Positions 6,861 to 16,514 of a stretch of DNA of 45,623 nucleotides are shown one piece after another. How positions within the stretch are numbered: position 1 is the stretch's first letter; each line of letters opens with the position of its first letter. The notes below the pieces were generated by a model. That model made no database searches and had not been told where the DNA came from. It saw nothing but the letters and a program-made list of their open reading frames with translations. Position numbers and translations under genes: made by a program. Origin of the DNA: Dehalococcoidia bacterium (GTDB lineage Bacteria > Chloroflexota > Dehalococcoidia > E44-bin15); the NCBI GenBank assembly GCA_014859165.1, contig JACUUT010000001.1, forward strand, positions 1-45,623, in the 5' to 3' direction.

Positions 6861-7972
6861 TGGAGATGATAGAGGATTTTAGGCAATATCGTCAGAGCCG
6901 CCATCAAGAGATAATCAAATGGAAGCTGGAGACGGGGAAGCGGGTCATGGGGGTCTTTTGTTGCAATGTCCCCGAGGAGATTATTTATGCCGCCGACATG
7001 CTCCCGGTGAGGATCCTCGGGGAGCACGAGGAAACCACAGAGGCAGACCTCCATTTTCCGGTTAAGGTTTGTCCCTATCCTAAGAGTTGCTTTGATCAGG
7101 CGCTGAAGGGAAGGTATGATTATCTGGATGGACTGGTGGTACCCAATGTCTGCGACATGATCAGGGCGATGTATGGCTTTTGGAAGAGGAGCTTCAAACT
7201 CCCCTATATTTATTTTCTGGAGGTTCCCCAGAAGATCAGCACCCATGGGGTAGACTTCTTCTTAAAGCAGCTTATTCTCTTCAAGGAATCCCTGGAGAAC
7301 TTTTCGGGTAAGGAGATCACCCGCGAATCGCTCCTTCGTGCCATAGAGGTCTACAACGAAAATAGGGCTCTTTTGAGCAAGGCCTATGAGTTCAGAAAAG
7401 GTTCTCCCCGCCTCTCAGGGGTTGAGACCCAGGAGATAGTGCTCACCAGCATGTTGATGCCCAAGGAAAGCCACAACAGGCTGCTGAGCCAGTTGCTGGA
7501 TCGTATTACTAACCGTGATGACGCCCCCAAGGAGGGGGTTAGGCTCTTCGTATCGGCCAGCATGCTCGATGACACCGATTTCTTCCAGCTCATCGAGGAG
7601 TGCGGTGGAAACATTGTTGCCGACGATATGCCTACGGGGAGCAGATACTTCTTCAACCCGGTGGATACCACCAAAGAGCCCCTTGACGCCCTGGCGGAGC
7701 GCTACCTGGCAAGGATACCCTGCCCCCGCAAGATGCGGCCTGAGGCAAGGTTTGATCATGTAAGGGAAGCGATGCGCGGGGCTGAGGCTAAGGGGGTTAT
7801 CATTCACAATTTGAGGGCTTGCGATTGCCACCTTTATGAGTATCCTTACCTGAAGGAGAAATTAGAAGGGGAAGGCTTGCCAGTTTTGTTCTTTAGAGGG
7901 GAGGAGACTGAAACGGAGAGGGAGAGGCAAAGGGATGATATCGAAGCCTTTATCGAAATGCTCCGTGGCTGA
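6857..7972 (+). CDS. 2-hydroxyacyl-CoA dehydratase / benzoyl-CoA reductase family subunit (HGD-D domain, HgdB/BcrC/BadD-like)
   Basis: 371 aa with VMGVFCCNVPEEIIYAADMLPVRILG...VCPYPKSCFD...YLDGLVVPNVCDMIRAMY. The start overlaps the stop of the previous gene. Confidence 0.85.
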   Translation: MMEMIEDFRQYRQSRHQEIIKWKLETGKRVMGVFCCNVPEEIIYAADMLPVRILGEHEETTEADLHFPVKVCPYPKSCFDQALKGRYDYLDGLVVPNVCDMIRAMYGFWKRSFKLPYIYFLEVPQKISTHGVDFFLKQLILFKESLENFSGKEITRESLLRAIEVYNENRALLSKAYEFRKGSPRLSGVETQEIVLTSMLMPKESHNRLLSQLLDRITNRDDAPKEGVRLFVSASMLDDTDFFQLIEECGGNIVADDMPTGSRYFFNPVDTTKEPLDALAERYLARIPCPRKMRPEARFDHVREAMRGAEAKGVIIHNLRACDCHLYEYPYLKEKLEGEGLPVLFFRGEETETERERQRDDIEAFIEMLRG

Positions 7973-7980
7973 AGGGGGTC

Positions 7981-8754
7981 ATGATGGCGGTAGCGGGCAT
8001 AGATGTGGGGTCGGTTTCTATTAGCGTGGTGATTTTGCAAGACAATGAAATACTATACCATAGCGTGATCCAATCCGGTGAGGGAGGGACGGCAGCCTCC
8101 GAAAGGGCGATGGCTGAGGCACTGAAGAGGGTAGCTCTCTCCGTTGAGGATATTACCTTTACCATAGCTACAGGATGCGGCAGGAGGAGCGTCTCTTTGG
8201 CCCAAAAAGGGAGCGCCGAGGTGGTGTGTCAGGCGAGGGGGGCCCTTTGGCTGTTCCCCTCAGCTAGAACGGTGATCAACCTCGGTGCTGAGAGCAGTAG
8301 GGCAATAAGATTGAACGAGCAGGGTAGGGTTCAATCCTTCGTGACCAACGATAAGTGTGCCGCAGGTTCAGGCTTGTTTTTGGAGTCAATGTCAAATTTG
8401 CTGGGTGTTCCCTTAGCCAAAATGGGCGAGCTGGCTTTGAGGGCAGAGAGGCAGGAGGAGGTTAGCAGCAGGTGTGCCGTCTTTGCCGAGTCTGAAGTCA
8501 TATCGCATATTCATCGAGGGGTCCCCAAGGAGCACATCCTCGCCGGACTACATAAAGCAGTGGTTGATAGAATACTGGAGATCGCCAGCAGGGTGGGGAT
8601 CGAGAAGGATGTTGTGATTACGGGTGGTGTCGCAAAGAATACCGCCATAATTAAGGAGTTGGGGGAAAGGATGGGTCTGCCCATGATGCTACCCAAGGAG
8701 CCACAGATCGTAGGGGCGTTAGGGGCTGCCCTGATCGCCAGAGACAACATCTAA
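7981..8754 (+). CDS. BcrAD/BadFG/HgdC-family ATPase subunit 2 (paralogue of 4807..5595)
   Basis: Carries GIDVGSVSISVVIL, NDKCAAGSGLFLE and SRCAVFAESEV. It starts 8 nt after the preceding gene. Confidence 0.9.
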   Translation: MMAVAGIDVGSVSISVVILQDNEILYHSVIQSGEGGTAASERAMAEALKRVALSVEDITFTIATGCGRRSVSLAQKGSAEVVCQARGALWLFPSARTVINLGAESSRAIRLNEQGRVQSFVTNDKCAAGSGLFLESMSNLLGVPLAKMGELALRAERQEEVSSRCAVFAESEVISHIHRGVPKEHILAGLHKAVVDRILEIASRVGIEKDVVITGGVAKNTAIIKELGERMGLPMMLPKEPQIVGALGAALIARDNI

Positions 8755-8839
8755 AACCCATTAAAATTAGAGATGCAAGAACCAATAAATATCGCAATTG
8801 AGTTAGCTAGGTGCAGGGGGGGCCGAAAAGGTGGTAGCG

Positions 8840-9709
8840 TTATTCGAGGACGACGGTTCCGCTCTTGCCGCCGCTCTTCCTCACCAGGCGGATCCCCTCG
8901 ATCTTCATGCCCCGGTCAACTGCCTTACACATATCATAGATGGTTAACGCAGCCACCGCCACTGCGGTGAGCGCTTCCATCTCTACGCCCGTTTTCCCGG
9001 TGCACTTTACCCTGGCGGTGATCTCCACCCCATTTTGGGGAAAGTTAAATTCCACCTTTACCTCATCGAGCATCAAGGGATGGCACATGGGGATGATCTG
9101 GGAGGTCTGCTTTGCTGCCATGATCCCGGCCACCTGAGCTGTGGCAAGGACATCCCCCTTCGCCATCTTTCCTTCCCTCATCAGGGATATGGTTTCAGGC
9201 TTCATCACCACCAGGCCTTTGGCCACCGCCTCCCGCTCGGTGAGGGGCTTTTCGCTCACATCTACCATCCGAACTTCCAATCCTCTCTTTTCATCTGCCA
9301 ATGGCACAGGCTGGAGCGTTTCGCCTCGACTTGCTAAATTGGTCGCTAGGTTATGAGCTTCTTTATGGAATGGGTTTTTAGTATCCCCGCGCATCAATTC
9401 CCACCGCACTTTGCGTTCGCTAACAGCCTCGTCCAACCTGTCCCAAAGGTCACGGTTAACGCGCCTTTGCCAGCCCTTGGTCATGCTACCAAAAAGATAT
9501 TGGCTATCTGTATATACCACTACTTCCGAACCTTGCTGAGTGTGTAAGATGGCTTCCAGGGCAGCGGTAAGCTCCATGCGATTATTAGTCGTCTTCTTGC
9601 CCATGCCTGAGAAAACGCGCTTTTGGCTATTCTCAAGAATAACGACTCCCCAGCCGCCTTGATCTAGACCTGCGTTATAAGCTCCATCGGCATAGACCTC
9701 AATCATCAT
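8840..9709 (-). CDS. moaC: fusion protein: N-terminal RNase HI domain + C-terminal cyclic pyranopterin monophosphate synthase MoaC
   Basis: The N-terminus MIEVYADG...[14 protein letters not shown]...VYTDSQY...NRDLWDRLD aligns to the E. coli RnhA motifs. The C-terminus MVDVSEKP...IPMCHPL...[23 protein letters not shown] is MoaC. The likely start ATG at 9709 overlaps the moaA TGA (TGATG) and has GGAGG 5 nt upstream; the track start is 9727. Confidence 0.85.
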   Translation of the reverse strand: MMIEVYADGAYNAGLDQGGWGVVILENSQKRVFSGMGKKTTNNRMELTAALEAILHTQQGSEVVVYTDSQYLFGSMTKGWQRRVNRDLWDRLDEAVSERKVRWELMRGDTKNPFHKEAHNLATNLASRGETLQPVPLADEKRGLEVRMVDVSEKPLTEREAVAKGLVVMKPETISLMREGKMAKGDVLATAQVAGIMAAKQTSQIIPMCHPLMLDEVKVEFNFPQNGVEITARVKCTGKTGVEMEALTAVAVAALTIYDMCKAVDRGMKIEGIRLVRKSGGKSGTVVLE

Positions 9710-10717
9710 CAACCTCCTACCTGGCACATTGCTCGCCCCTTTGGGAAAATCCCTTCTGATAGGTGATGGCGCTCCGGTTTTTGGGCCACCGCTTGCTGGA
9801 TCAACCCCTTGAGGTCCTCCGGCAATGCCCCACGGCGCAGCGGACTTTTAAGGTCCACCTCCTCATCGCTCAGCAGGCAGGGGCGAAGCTTTCCGTCTAC
9901 CGTGAGGCGCAGGCGATTGCAATTGAAGCAGAAGTGTTCACTGAGCGGGGTGATAAAGCCCACCGTTCCCTTTGCCCCGGGAAATCGAAAGTATTTGGCA
10001 GGGCCGTTGCCAAGACTGGGTAGGCAAGGCTCAAGAGCTCCAAGCGAGAGGAGGCGCTTTTGTATTTCGGAAATGGGCACAAATTGTAAGGTGGCCCCAC
10101 AGCTCGAAAAAGGCATCGGTTCGATAAGGCGGACATGCCACCCCTCTTTCAGGGTCAGGCAGGCGAAATCGAGCACCTCGTCATCGTTTATCCCCCGCAT
10201 TACCACCATATTCACCTTGACCGGGTCAAGCCCCACCTCTTTTGCCGTTTCGATGCCATCGAGGACATCGCCTAGCTTATCATGCCTGGTGATCTGATGA
10301 AATCTCTCCCTTTTAAGGGTATCAAGGCTCACATTGACCCGCCTTAGCCCAGCCTCTCTAAGCGGGGCAGCATATTGTCTGAGGAGCACACCATTTGTGG
10401 TCAGGGCTATATCGTTGATGCCCTCGATCTGGGAGAGCATGCCCACCAGATGGGGTAGTCCCGACCTCAGCAGGGGCTCGCCCCCGGTGAGCCTCAATTT
10501 ATTGATGCCCAAAGCGGCTGCTGCCTGAGCCACCGCTTGAATCTCCTCATAACGAAGTATCTCACCACGGGGCGAGAGGGTGATGCCCCCAGGAGGCATG
10601 CAGTAGATGCAGCGCAGATTGCAGCGGTCGGTGACCGATATTCTGAGGTAGTTTATGGGGCGCTGAAAGGAATCGGAAAGCTTTTTCGAACTATTCGTAG
10701 CCTTGTTTTCTCCTCAT
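9709..10717 (-). CDS. moaA: GTP 3',8-cyclase MoaA (radical SAM), with an unresolved 5' end (no in-frame canonical start upstream of the CxxxCxxC motif)
   Basis: The conserved [25 protein letters not shown] is encoded upstream of the track's ATG (10599). That frame runs back to the rdgB TGA (10714..10716) without ATG, GTG or TTG. An ATG at 10717..10715 is in the adjacent frame, and the length 1009 nt equals 3n+1. See findings. Confidence 0.8.
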
Positions 10718-11373
10718 TCGCTGTTTTTTGAACTTTTCGTGGCCTTGGTTTCTCTCGATTCTCCCTTTTGAAGAATTTGCCGCTCCAAAATCTGGCGCGC
10801 CTTCCTCGCCGCCCGGCCTCGGTGGCTTATTTCGTTCTTCTCCTCGATGGATAACTCAGCCATTGTCCGGCCCGATTCCGGGAGGTAGAAGATGGGGTCA
10901 TAGCCGAAGCCATTTTCGCCCTTGGGCTCAAATGCGATGGTGCCCCGGCACTCTCCCTGGCATAGTTCTATTTTCCCATCAGGCATGGCAATGGCGATTA
11001 CGCACCTGAAGCAAGCTGCTCTTTCCTCCCAGGGGATAAGACGAAGCTTTGCCAGCAGATATTCGATCCTCTCACTGTCTGAAACGCCCTCCCCTGCATA
11101 GCGGGCGGAGAGGGCACCGGGCTCCCCGCCCAAAGCAGCCACCTCAAGCCCCGAATCATCGGCGAGGGTGAGCAGGTTACCTTGAGTGGCGTAGGCTTTA
11201 GCTTTAATGGTGGCATTTCCCTCCAGGGTTTTCCCCGTCTCCCTGACTTGCAATTCGATGCCCTGCTCAGCAAGAGTAACGATTTCAAACGGAATTCCCT
11301 TTAAAAGCAGCGAGTATTCCTGCGCCTTAGCAGGGTTGTTTGTTGCCAGCAGGAGCTTGGGCATCCTCATCAC
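10714..11373 (-). CDS. rdgB: dITP/XTP pyrophosphatase (RdgB/HAM1 family)
   Basis: LLLATNNPAKAQEY...TLEGNATIKA...ADDSGLEV.ALGG.PG..SARY...FGYDPIF...MAEL...EKN.ISHRG is the canonical HAM1 pattern. The start overlaps the fbp stop. Confidence 0.9.
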   Translation of the reverse strand: MMRMPKLLLATNNPAKAQEYSLLLKGIPFEIVTLAEQGIELQVRETGKTLEGNATIKAKAYATQGNLLTLADDSGLEVAALGGEPGALSARYAGEGVSDSERIEYLLAKLRLIPWEERAACFRCVIAIAMPDGKIELCQGECRGTIAFEPKGENGFGYDPIFYLPESGRTMAELSIEEKNEISHRGRAARKARQILERQILQKGESRETKATKSSKNSE

Positions 11374-12464
11374 TCAAGGGCGACGAATCTCCCCTCCAGC
11401 TTTCTCACCACCTGGGGCATGGTGGTGTATTCCATCGCCTCCAGTGGTAGGCGGTGGGGCTCGAAGGGTCCGTGGCGACGCATGTAGTCAGCGATTTCGT
11501 TAGCTATTTGCCTCGCCTTATCGAAGCTGGGGTCATCGAACATATCCCTCGGTCCCACCAGCTTGCCTCCCGAAAGCTGGAAGCCGGCGGCGATCACCCG
11601 TGGCGGACCGTCGAATCGGGTTGGATTAGATTCGCGAAGAGCCACTGGCATGAGGGGACCGTGATGGGAGCCCCGCATCCATCCCTCCACCAGGAAAGGG
11701 TTGGTGAAGGGTTCCAGCACCTCCCCCACTGCGGGGAACTCACCCTGGGAGCGCACAATGCACACCGGGTCGTCCTTGCCCACATATCTGCCGGCAATCA
11801 GCGCCAGGCGCTGCGTAGAGGAGACGGCGGCGATCTCGTCAGAACCGCGGTGATAAACTGCCTTCACGGCATAGCGTGATGGTGCTCCCATGAAGAGAAG
11901 CATGTCGTAGATCTCCTCTGGGGCGTTAAGGGTGATCTTCCTGTGCTCCTTGACATCGTGAATCTCGAAGCGAAAGCCCCCGTGCATGTTCTCGGCAATG
12001 ACCAGCCCGATGGTGTTAAAGGGGTCGGCGAACATCTTGTAGAGGGGCATGTTCCAGGCCCCGGCCGATGTCTTATCAGCCATGAAGATGATGATCGTCT
12101 CCGCCCCCCGTTCCTCGATCTCCATTTCGGCAACACCGGGCCCCATGCCTTTGACATTGCCGGAGAAGGCCTCAGCGAGAAGGTCCTGCCCCGCCCCGTG
12201 AAGCTTTAGCTCCCTGGCCACCTTTGTGCACTCAAGGAAGGTGTCCCAGGCGAGTTTATGGATCGCCTCATCCTCCTCGCCTCGCTGGTGTGTCATGATA
12301 AGCTGGAGGTCATCGCCACATCTGGTAACATGGAAGTCGACCAAGAGCTTGTCGCGCAATGCCTTTTCCATGCACTCTTTAGCCCTTTCCAGGACCTTGG
12401 GATGAGAGCTGGAATGCCCCACATAGCCACCGACGTCAGCTTTGATTACGCTCAGGGTAATCAT
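11370..12464 (-). CDS. fbp: class V fructose-1,6-bisphosphate aldolase/phosphatase
   Basis: MITLSVIKADVGGYVGHSS...CGDDLQLIMTH...AGQDLL..AFSGNVKGMGPGVAEMEIEER matches the archaeal-type bifunctional FBPase. GGAGG lies upstream of the ATG at 12464. The 49-codon upstream extension in the track overlaps the mutase gene and is not coding. Confidence 0.9.
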   Translation of the reverse strand: MITLSVIKADVGGYVGHSSSHPKVLERAKECMEKALRDKLLVDFHVTRCGDDLQLIMTHQRGEEDEAIHKLAWDTFLECTKVARELKLHGAGQDLLAEAFSGNVKGMGPGVAEMEIEERGAETIIIFMADKTSAGAWNMPLYKMFADPFNTIGLVIAENMHGGFRFEIHDVKEHRKITLNAPEEIYDMLLFMGAPSRYAVKAVYHRGSDEIAAVSSTQRLALIAGRYVGKDDPVCIVRSQGEFPAVGEVLEPFTNPFLVEGWMRGSHHGPLMPVALRESNPTRFDGPPRVIAAGFQLSGGKLVGPRDMFDDPSFDKARQIANEIADYMRRHGPFEPHRLPLEAMEYTTMPQVVRKLEGRFVALE

Positions 12465-12480
12465 CCTTTTCCTCCTTTCT

Positions 12481-14145
<1,665 letters not shown>

Positions 14146-14163
14146 ATTACACTCCGAAACTAT

Positions 14164-14700
14164 CTAATAATCGAATCCCCTCCTCGCCTTTATCCCCTTC
14201 TCGAAGGGGTGCTTGACCTCCACCATCTCGGTAACCAGGTCCGCCTTCTCGATAAGCCTCTCGTCGGCACGGCGACCGGTAAGGATAAGCTCCACATTTT
14301 GCGGCCTCTCCTCGATGAGCTTTAATACATCTTCAACCTCGAGGAGCTTCCAGGCGACAGCGAGGTTTACCTCATCGAGCACCACGAGGTCGAAGTCGCC
14401 GCTAGCGATCGCCCCTCTAGCTGCCTTGAGCGCTTGCCTCGCCTGCTCTTTTTCCTCCGCTTTCACATTCTGTGGATCGATGAAGTCTTCATGCCCGAAG
14501 CTTTGGAAGCTGACATTGGGTAGGTGGGCTAGAATGTTTCGTTCGCCATAGGGATAATCGCCTTTCATAAAGTAGACGATGTGGACCTTCAGCCCCTGTC
14601 CTAGAGCGCGCAACACAACTCCCATGGCGGCAGAGGTCTTGCCTTTGCCACTGCCTGTGAAGATTTCCACCAGCCCTTTTGTGGGGGGATTGTCGTTCAT
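14164..14700 (-). CDS. cobO: cob(I)yrinic acid a,c-diamide adenosyltransferase, CobA/CobO/BtuR type
   Basis: GLVEIFTGSGKGKTSAAMGVVLRALGQGLKVHIVYFMKG carries the P-loop pattern of the CobA family. The ATG lies 7 nt after a TAGACT -10 box, so the mRNA is probably leaderless. Confidence 0.9.
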   Translation of the reverse strand: MNDNPPTKGLVEIFTGSGKGKTSAAMGVVLRALGQGLKVHIVYFMKGDYPYGERNILAHLPNVSFQSFGHEDFIDPQNVKAEEKEQARQALKAARGAIASGDFDLVVLDEVNLAVAWKLLEVEDVLKLIEERPQNVELILTGRRADERLIEKADLVTEMVEVKHPFEKGIKARRGFDY

Positions 14701-14707
14701 TATTCAG

Positions 14708-14757
14708 AGTCTATCAAGAGGGCCTACGCTTGTCAAGGAGAGCCGCTGTGATATAAT
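14708..14757. promoter_or_regulatory. back-to-back divergent promoters sharing a TTGTCAA core
   Basis: Minus strand: TTGACA (14736..14731)-N17-TAGACT (14713..14708), driving cobO. Plus strand: TTGTCA (14730..14735)-N16-TATAAT (14752..14757), driving the pduO-type gene. Confidence 0.55.
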
Positions 14758-14777
14758 GCCCATCAAGGGAGGCAGAG

Positions 14778-15299
14778 ATGAAGACCTTTAACAAAAGGGG
14801 AGATAGTGGGGAAACAAGCCTGCTTTATGGGGGCCGGGTTCCCAAAAGCGATCCCCGGTGTGAAGCCTACGGCACCATAGATGAGGCCGTTTCCGCATTG
14901 GGTTTAGCACGAGCCCTTTCTAAAAAAGAGCGCATTCGGGATATTCTGTATCTCATCCAACAGGAGCTGTTCATTGTAGGCTCGGAGCTTGCTACTGTTG
15001 CTGACCACTATGATAAACTGGTGGCAAAGCATAAAGTGGTCACTGAGGAGATGGTGGCTCGACTGGAAACCCTGATCGAAGAGTTCGAAAAAGAGATGGA
15101 GATGCCCAAGCTTTTCATCATCCCCGGCGCCTCCCCAGGCTCGGCAGCCTTAGACCTGGCACGAACCATAATCAGGAGGGCGGAGAGAAGGGCTGTGGAG
15201 CTTAAGAACGAAAAAATGGTGCCCAACGAGAGGGTGCTCCAGTATCTCAATAGGCTGGCGGACCTGGTTTTCACGCTAGCTCGCTATGAAGAGATTTAA
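14778..15299 (+). CDS. ATP:cob(I)alamin adenosyltransferase, PduO/MMAB type
   Basis: KRGDSGETSLLYGGRVPKSDPRCEAYGTIDEAVSALGLA...QQELFIVGSELAT matches the PduO-type pattern. Confidence 0.9.
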   Translation: MKTFNKRGDSGETSLLYGGRVPKSDPRCEAYGTIDEAVSALGLARALSKKERIRDILYLIQQELFIVGSELATVADHYDKLVAKHKVVTEEMVARLETLIEEFEKEMEMPKLFIIPGASPGSAALDLARTIIRRAERRAVELKNEKMVPNERVLQYLNRLADLVFTLARYEEI

Positions 15300-15311
15300 A
15301 GGAGGGAAAAT

Positions 15312-16514
15312 TTGCTGGACTTTAGCTTTACTGAAGAGCAGGAGCTTTTTCGAACGAATTTGAGGAGATTCTGTCGGGATAGGGTTGTTCCGAGACTGGA
15401 CGAAATGGAACGAGAAAGGGAGATCCCCGATGATTTGATCAAGGCGATGGCTGACATGGGGCTTATTGCCATGTCGATCTCAGAGAAGTATGGGGGCACG
15501 GGCCTGGATGCGGTGACCGCCGGCATCGCTGCCGAGGAGCTGGCCTTTGCTGACACAAGCTGCTCCATCCCGGCCTTTTTCTTGATCCAGAACGCCTGGG
15601 GCTACCTCCTCGATAAGTATGGCACACAGGAGTTAAAGGGGGAGGTGCTGCCCATGGTGAGGAGGGGAGAATCGTTTCTCGGTGTGGCCACCACAGAGCC
15701 CGACATCGGCTCGGACCTGGCATCGATGAAAACGAGGATCGCCAAGGATGGCGATGGATATGTGGTAAAGGGGGAGAAGAACTATATCAGTGGTGTCAGG
15801 GAGGCGGAGCGCCATGGTGGGGGCTATGTCACCCTGGCTAAGATGACCCCCGAGCTGGGCACCAGAGGGATGAGCCTGTTCTATTTGCCGATAAAGGGAA
15901 CGCCCGGGATAAAGGTGACCTACCTTGAGGAGCTGGGCCGGGAGGGCATCTCCTGGGGTGGCTTCTTCATCGATGATGTTCACATCCCCAGGCACTACCT
16001 CATCGGCGAGGAGAACCGAGGCTTTTACATCGTGCATGAGGGCTACGAGTTTGCTCGTGGGATGATCGCCTTGGTGTGCGCCGGGGCTGCCGCTAAGTCC
16101 CTGGAAAACGCTATGAACTACATGAAGCAGCGGCAGGCCTTTGGCCAGGCCATTGCCAGATATGAAGGGCTCCAGTTCGCCCTGGCTGAGGACTACGCCA
16201 AGATCGAAGCGGCAAGACTGCTGGCTTACCGGGCATTATGGTTATATGATAAGGAGCAAAAAGGGGGAAATATCTCACGCTTTGAGGTGTCAAAGGCGGT
16301 AGCGATGGCCAAGATGCTGTCGCCGATATGGGCCTTTGACACCATAAACGATGCTATGCAGTGGCAGGGCGCCTTCGGCTACTCCAAGGAATGCCAGGAG
16401 CAGAGAGCGCTCCGGGGGGTGAGGTCCTTCACTCTGGCCGAGGGCTCCACCGAGGTGATGAAACTCATTGTAGCCAGGGAGCTTCTGGGAAGGGAGTATC
16501 TGGCCTACCGTTAG
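15312..16514 (+). CDS. acyl-CoA dehydrogenase
   Basis: MLDFSFTEEQELFR...EPDIGSDLASMKT...LAEGSTEVMKLIVAREL. TTG start with GGAGGG SD. Confidence 0.9.
   Translation: MLDFSFTEEQELFRTNLRRFCRDRVVPRLDEMEREREIPDDLIKAMADMGLIAMSISEKYGGTGLDAVTAGIAAEELAFADTSCSIPAFFLIQNAWGYLLDKYGTQELKGEVLPMVRRGESFLGVATTEPDIGSDLASMKTRIAKDGDGYVVKGEKNYISGVREAERHGGGYVTLAKMTPELGTRGMSLFYLPIKGTPGIKVTYLEELGREGISWGGFFIDDVHIPRHYLIGEENRGFYIVHEGYEFARGMIALVCAGAAAKSLENAMNYMKQRQAFGQAIARYEGLQFALAEDYAKIEAARLLAYRALWLYDKEQKGGNISRFEVSKAVAMAKMLSPIWAFDTINDAMQWQGAFGYSKECQEQRALRGVRSFTLAEGSTEVMKLIVARELLGREYLAYR

Noticed and set aside
10714-10716. Genome-wide reassignment of TGA (e.g. code 25/4) as an explanation for the in-frame TGA between rdgB and moaA
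   Set aside because: Many well-conserved genes here terminate at TGA at the expected C-terminus (mutase, FBPase, moaA itself, the first HGD-D subunit, vapC). The standard code therefore applies, and the anomaly is local.
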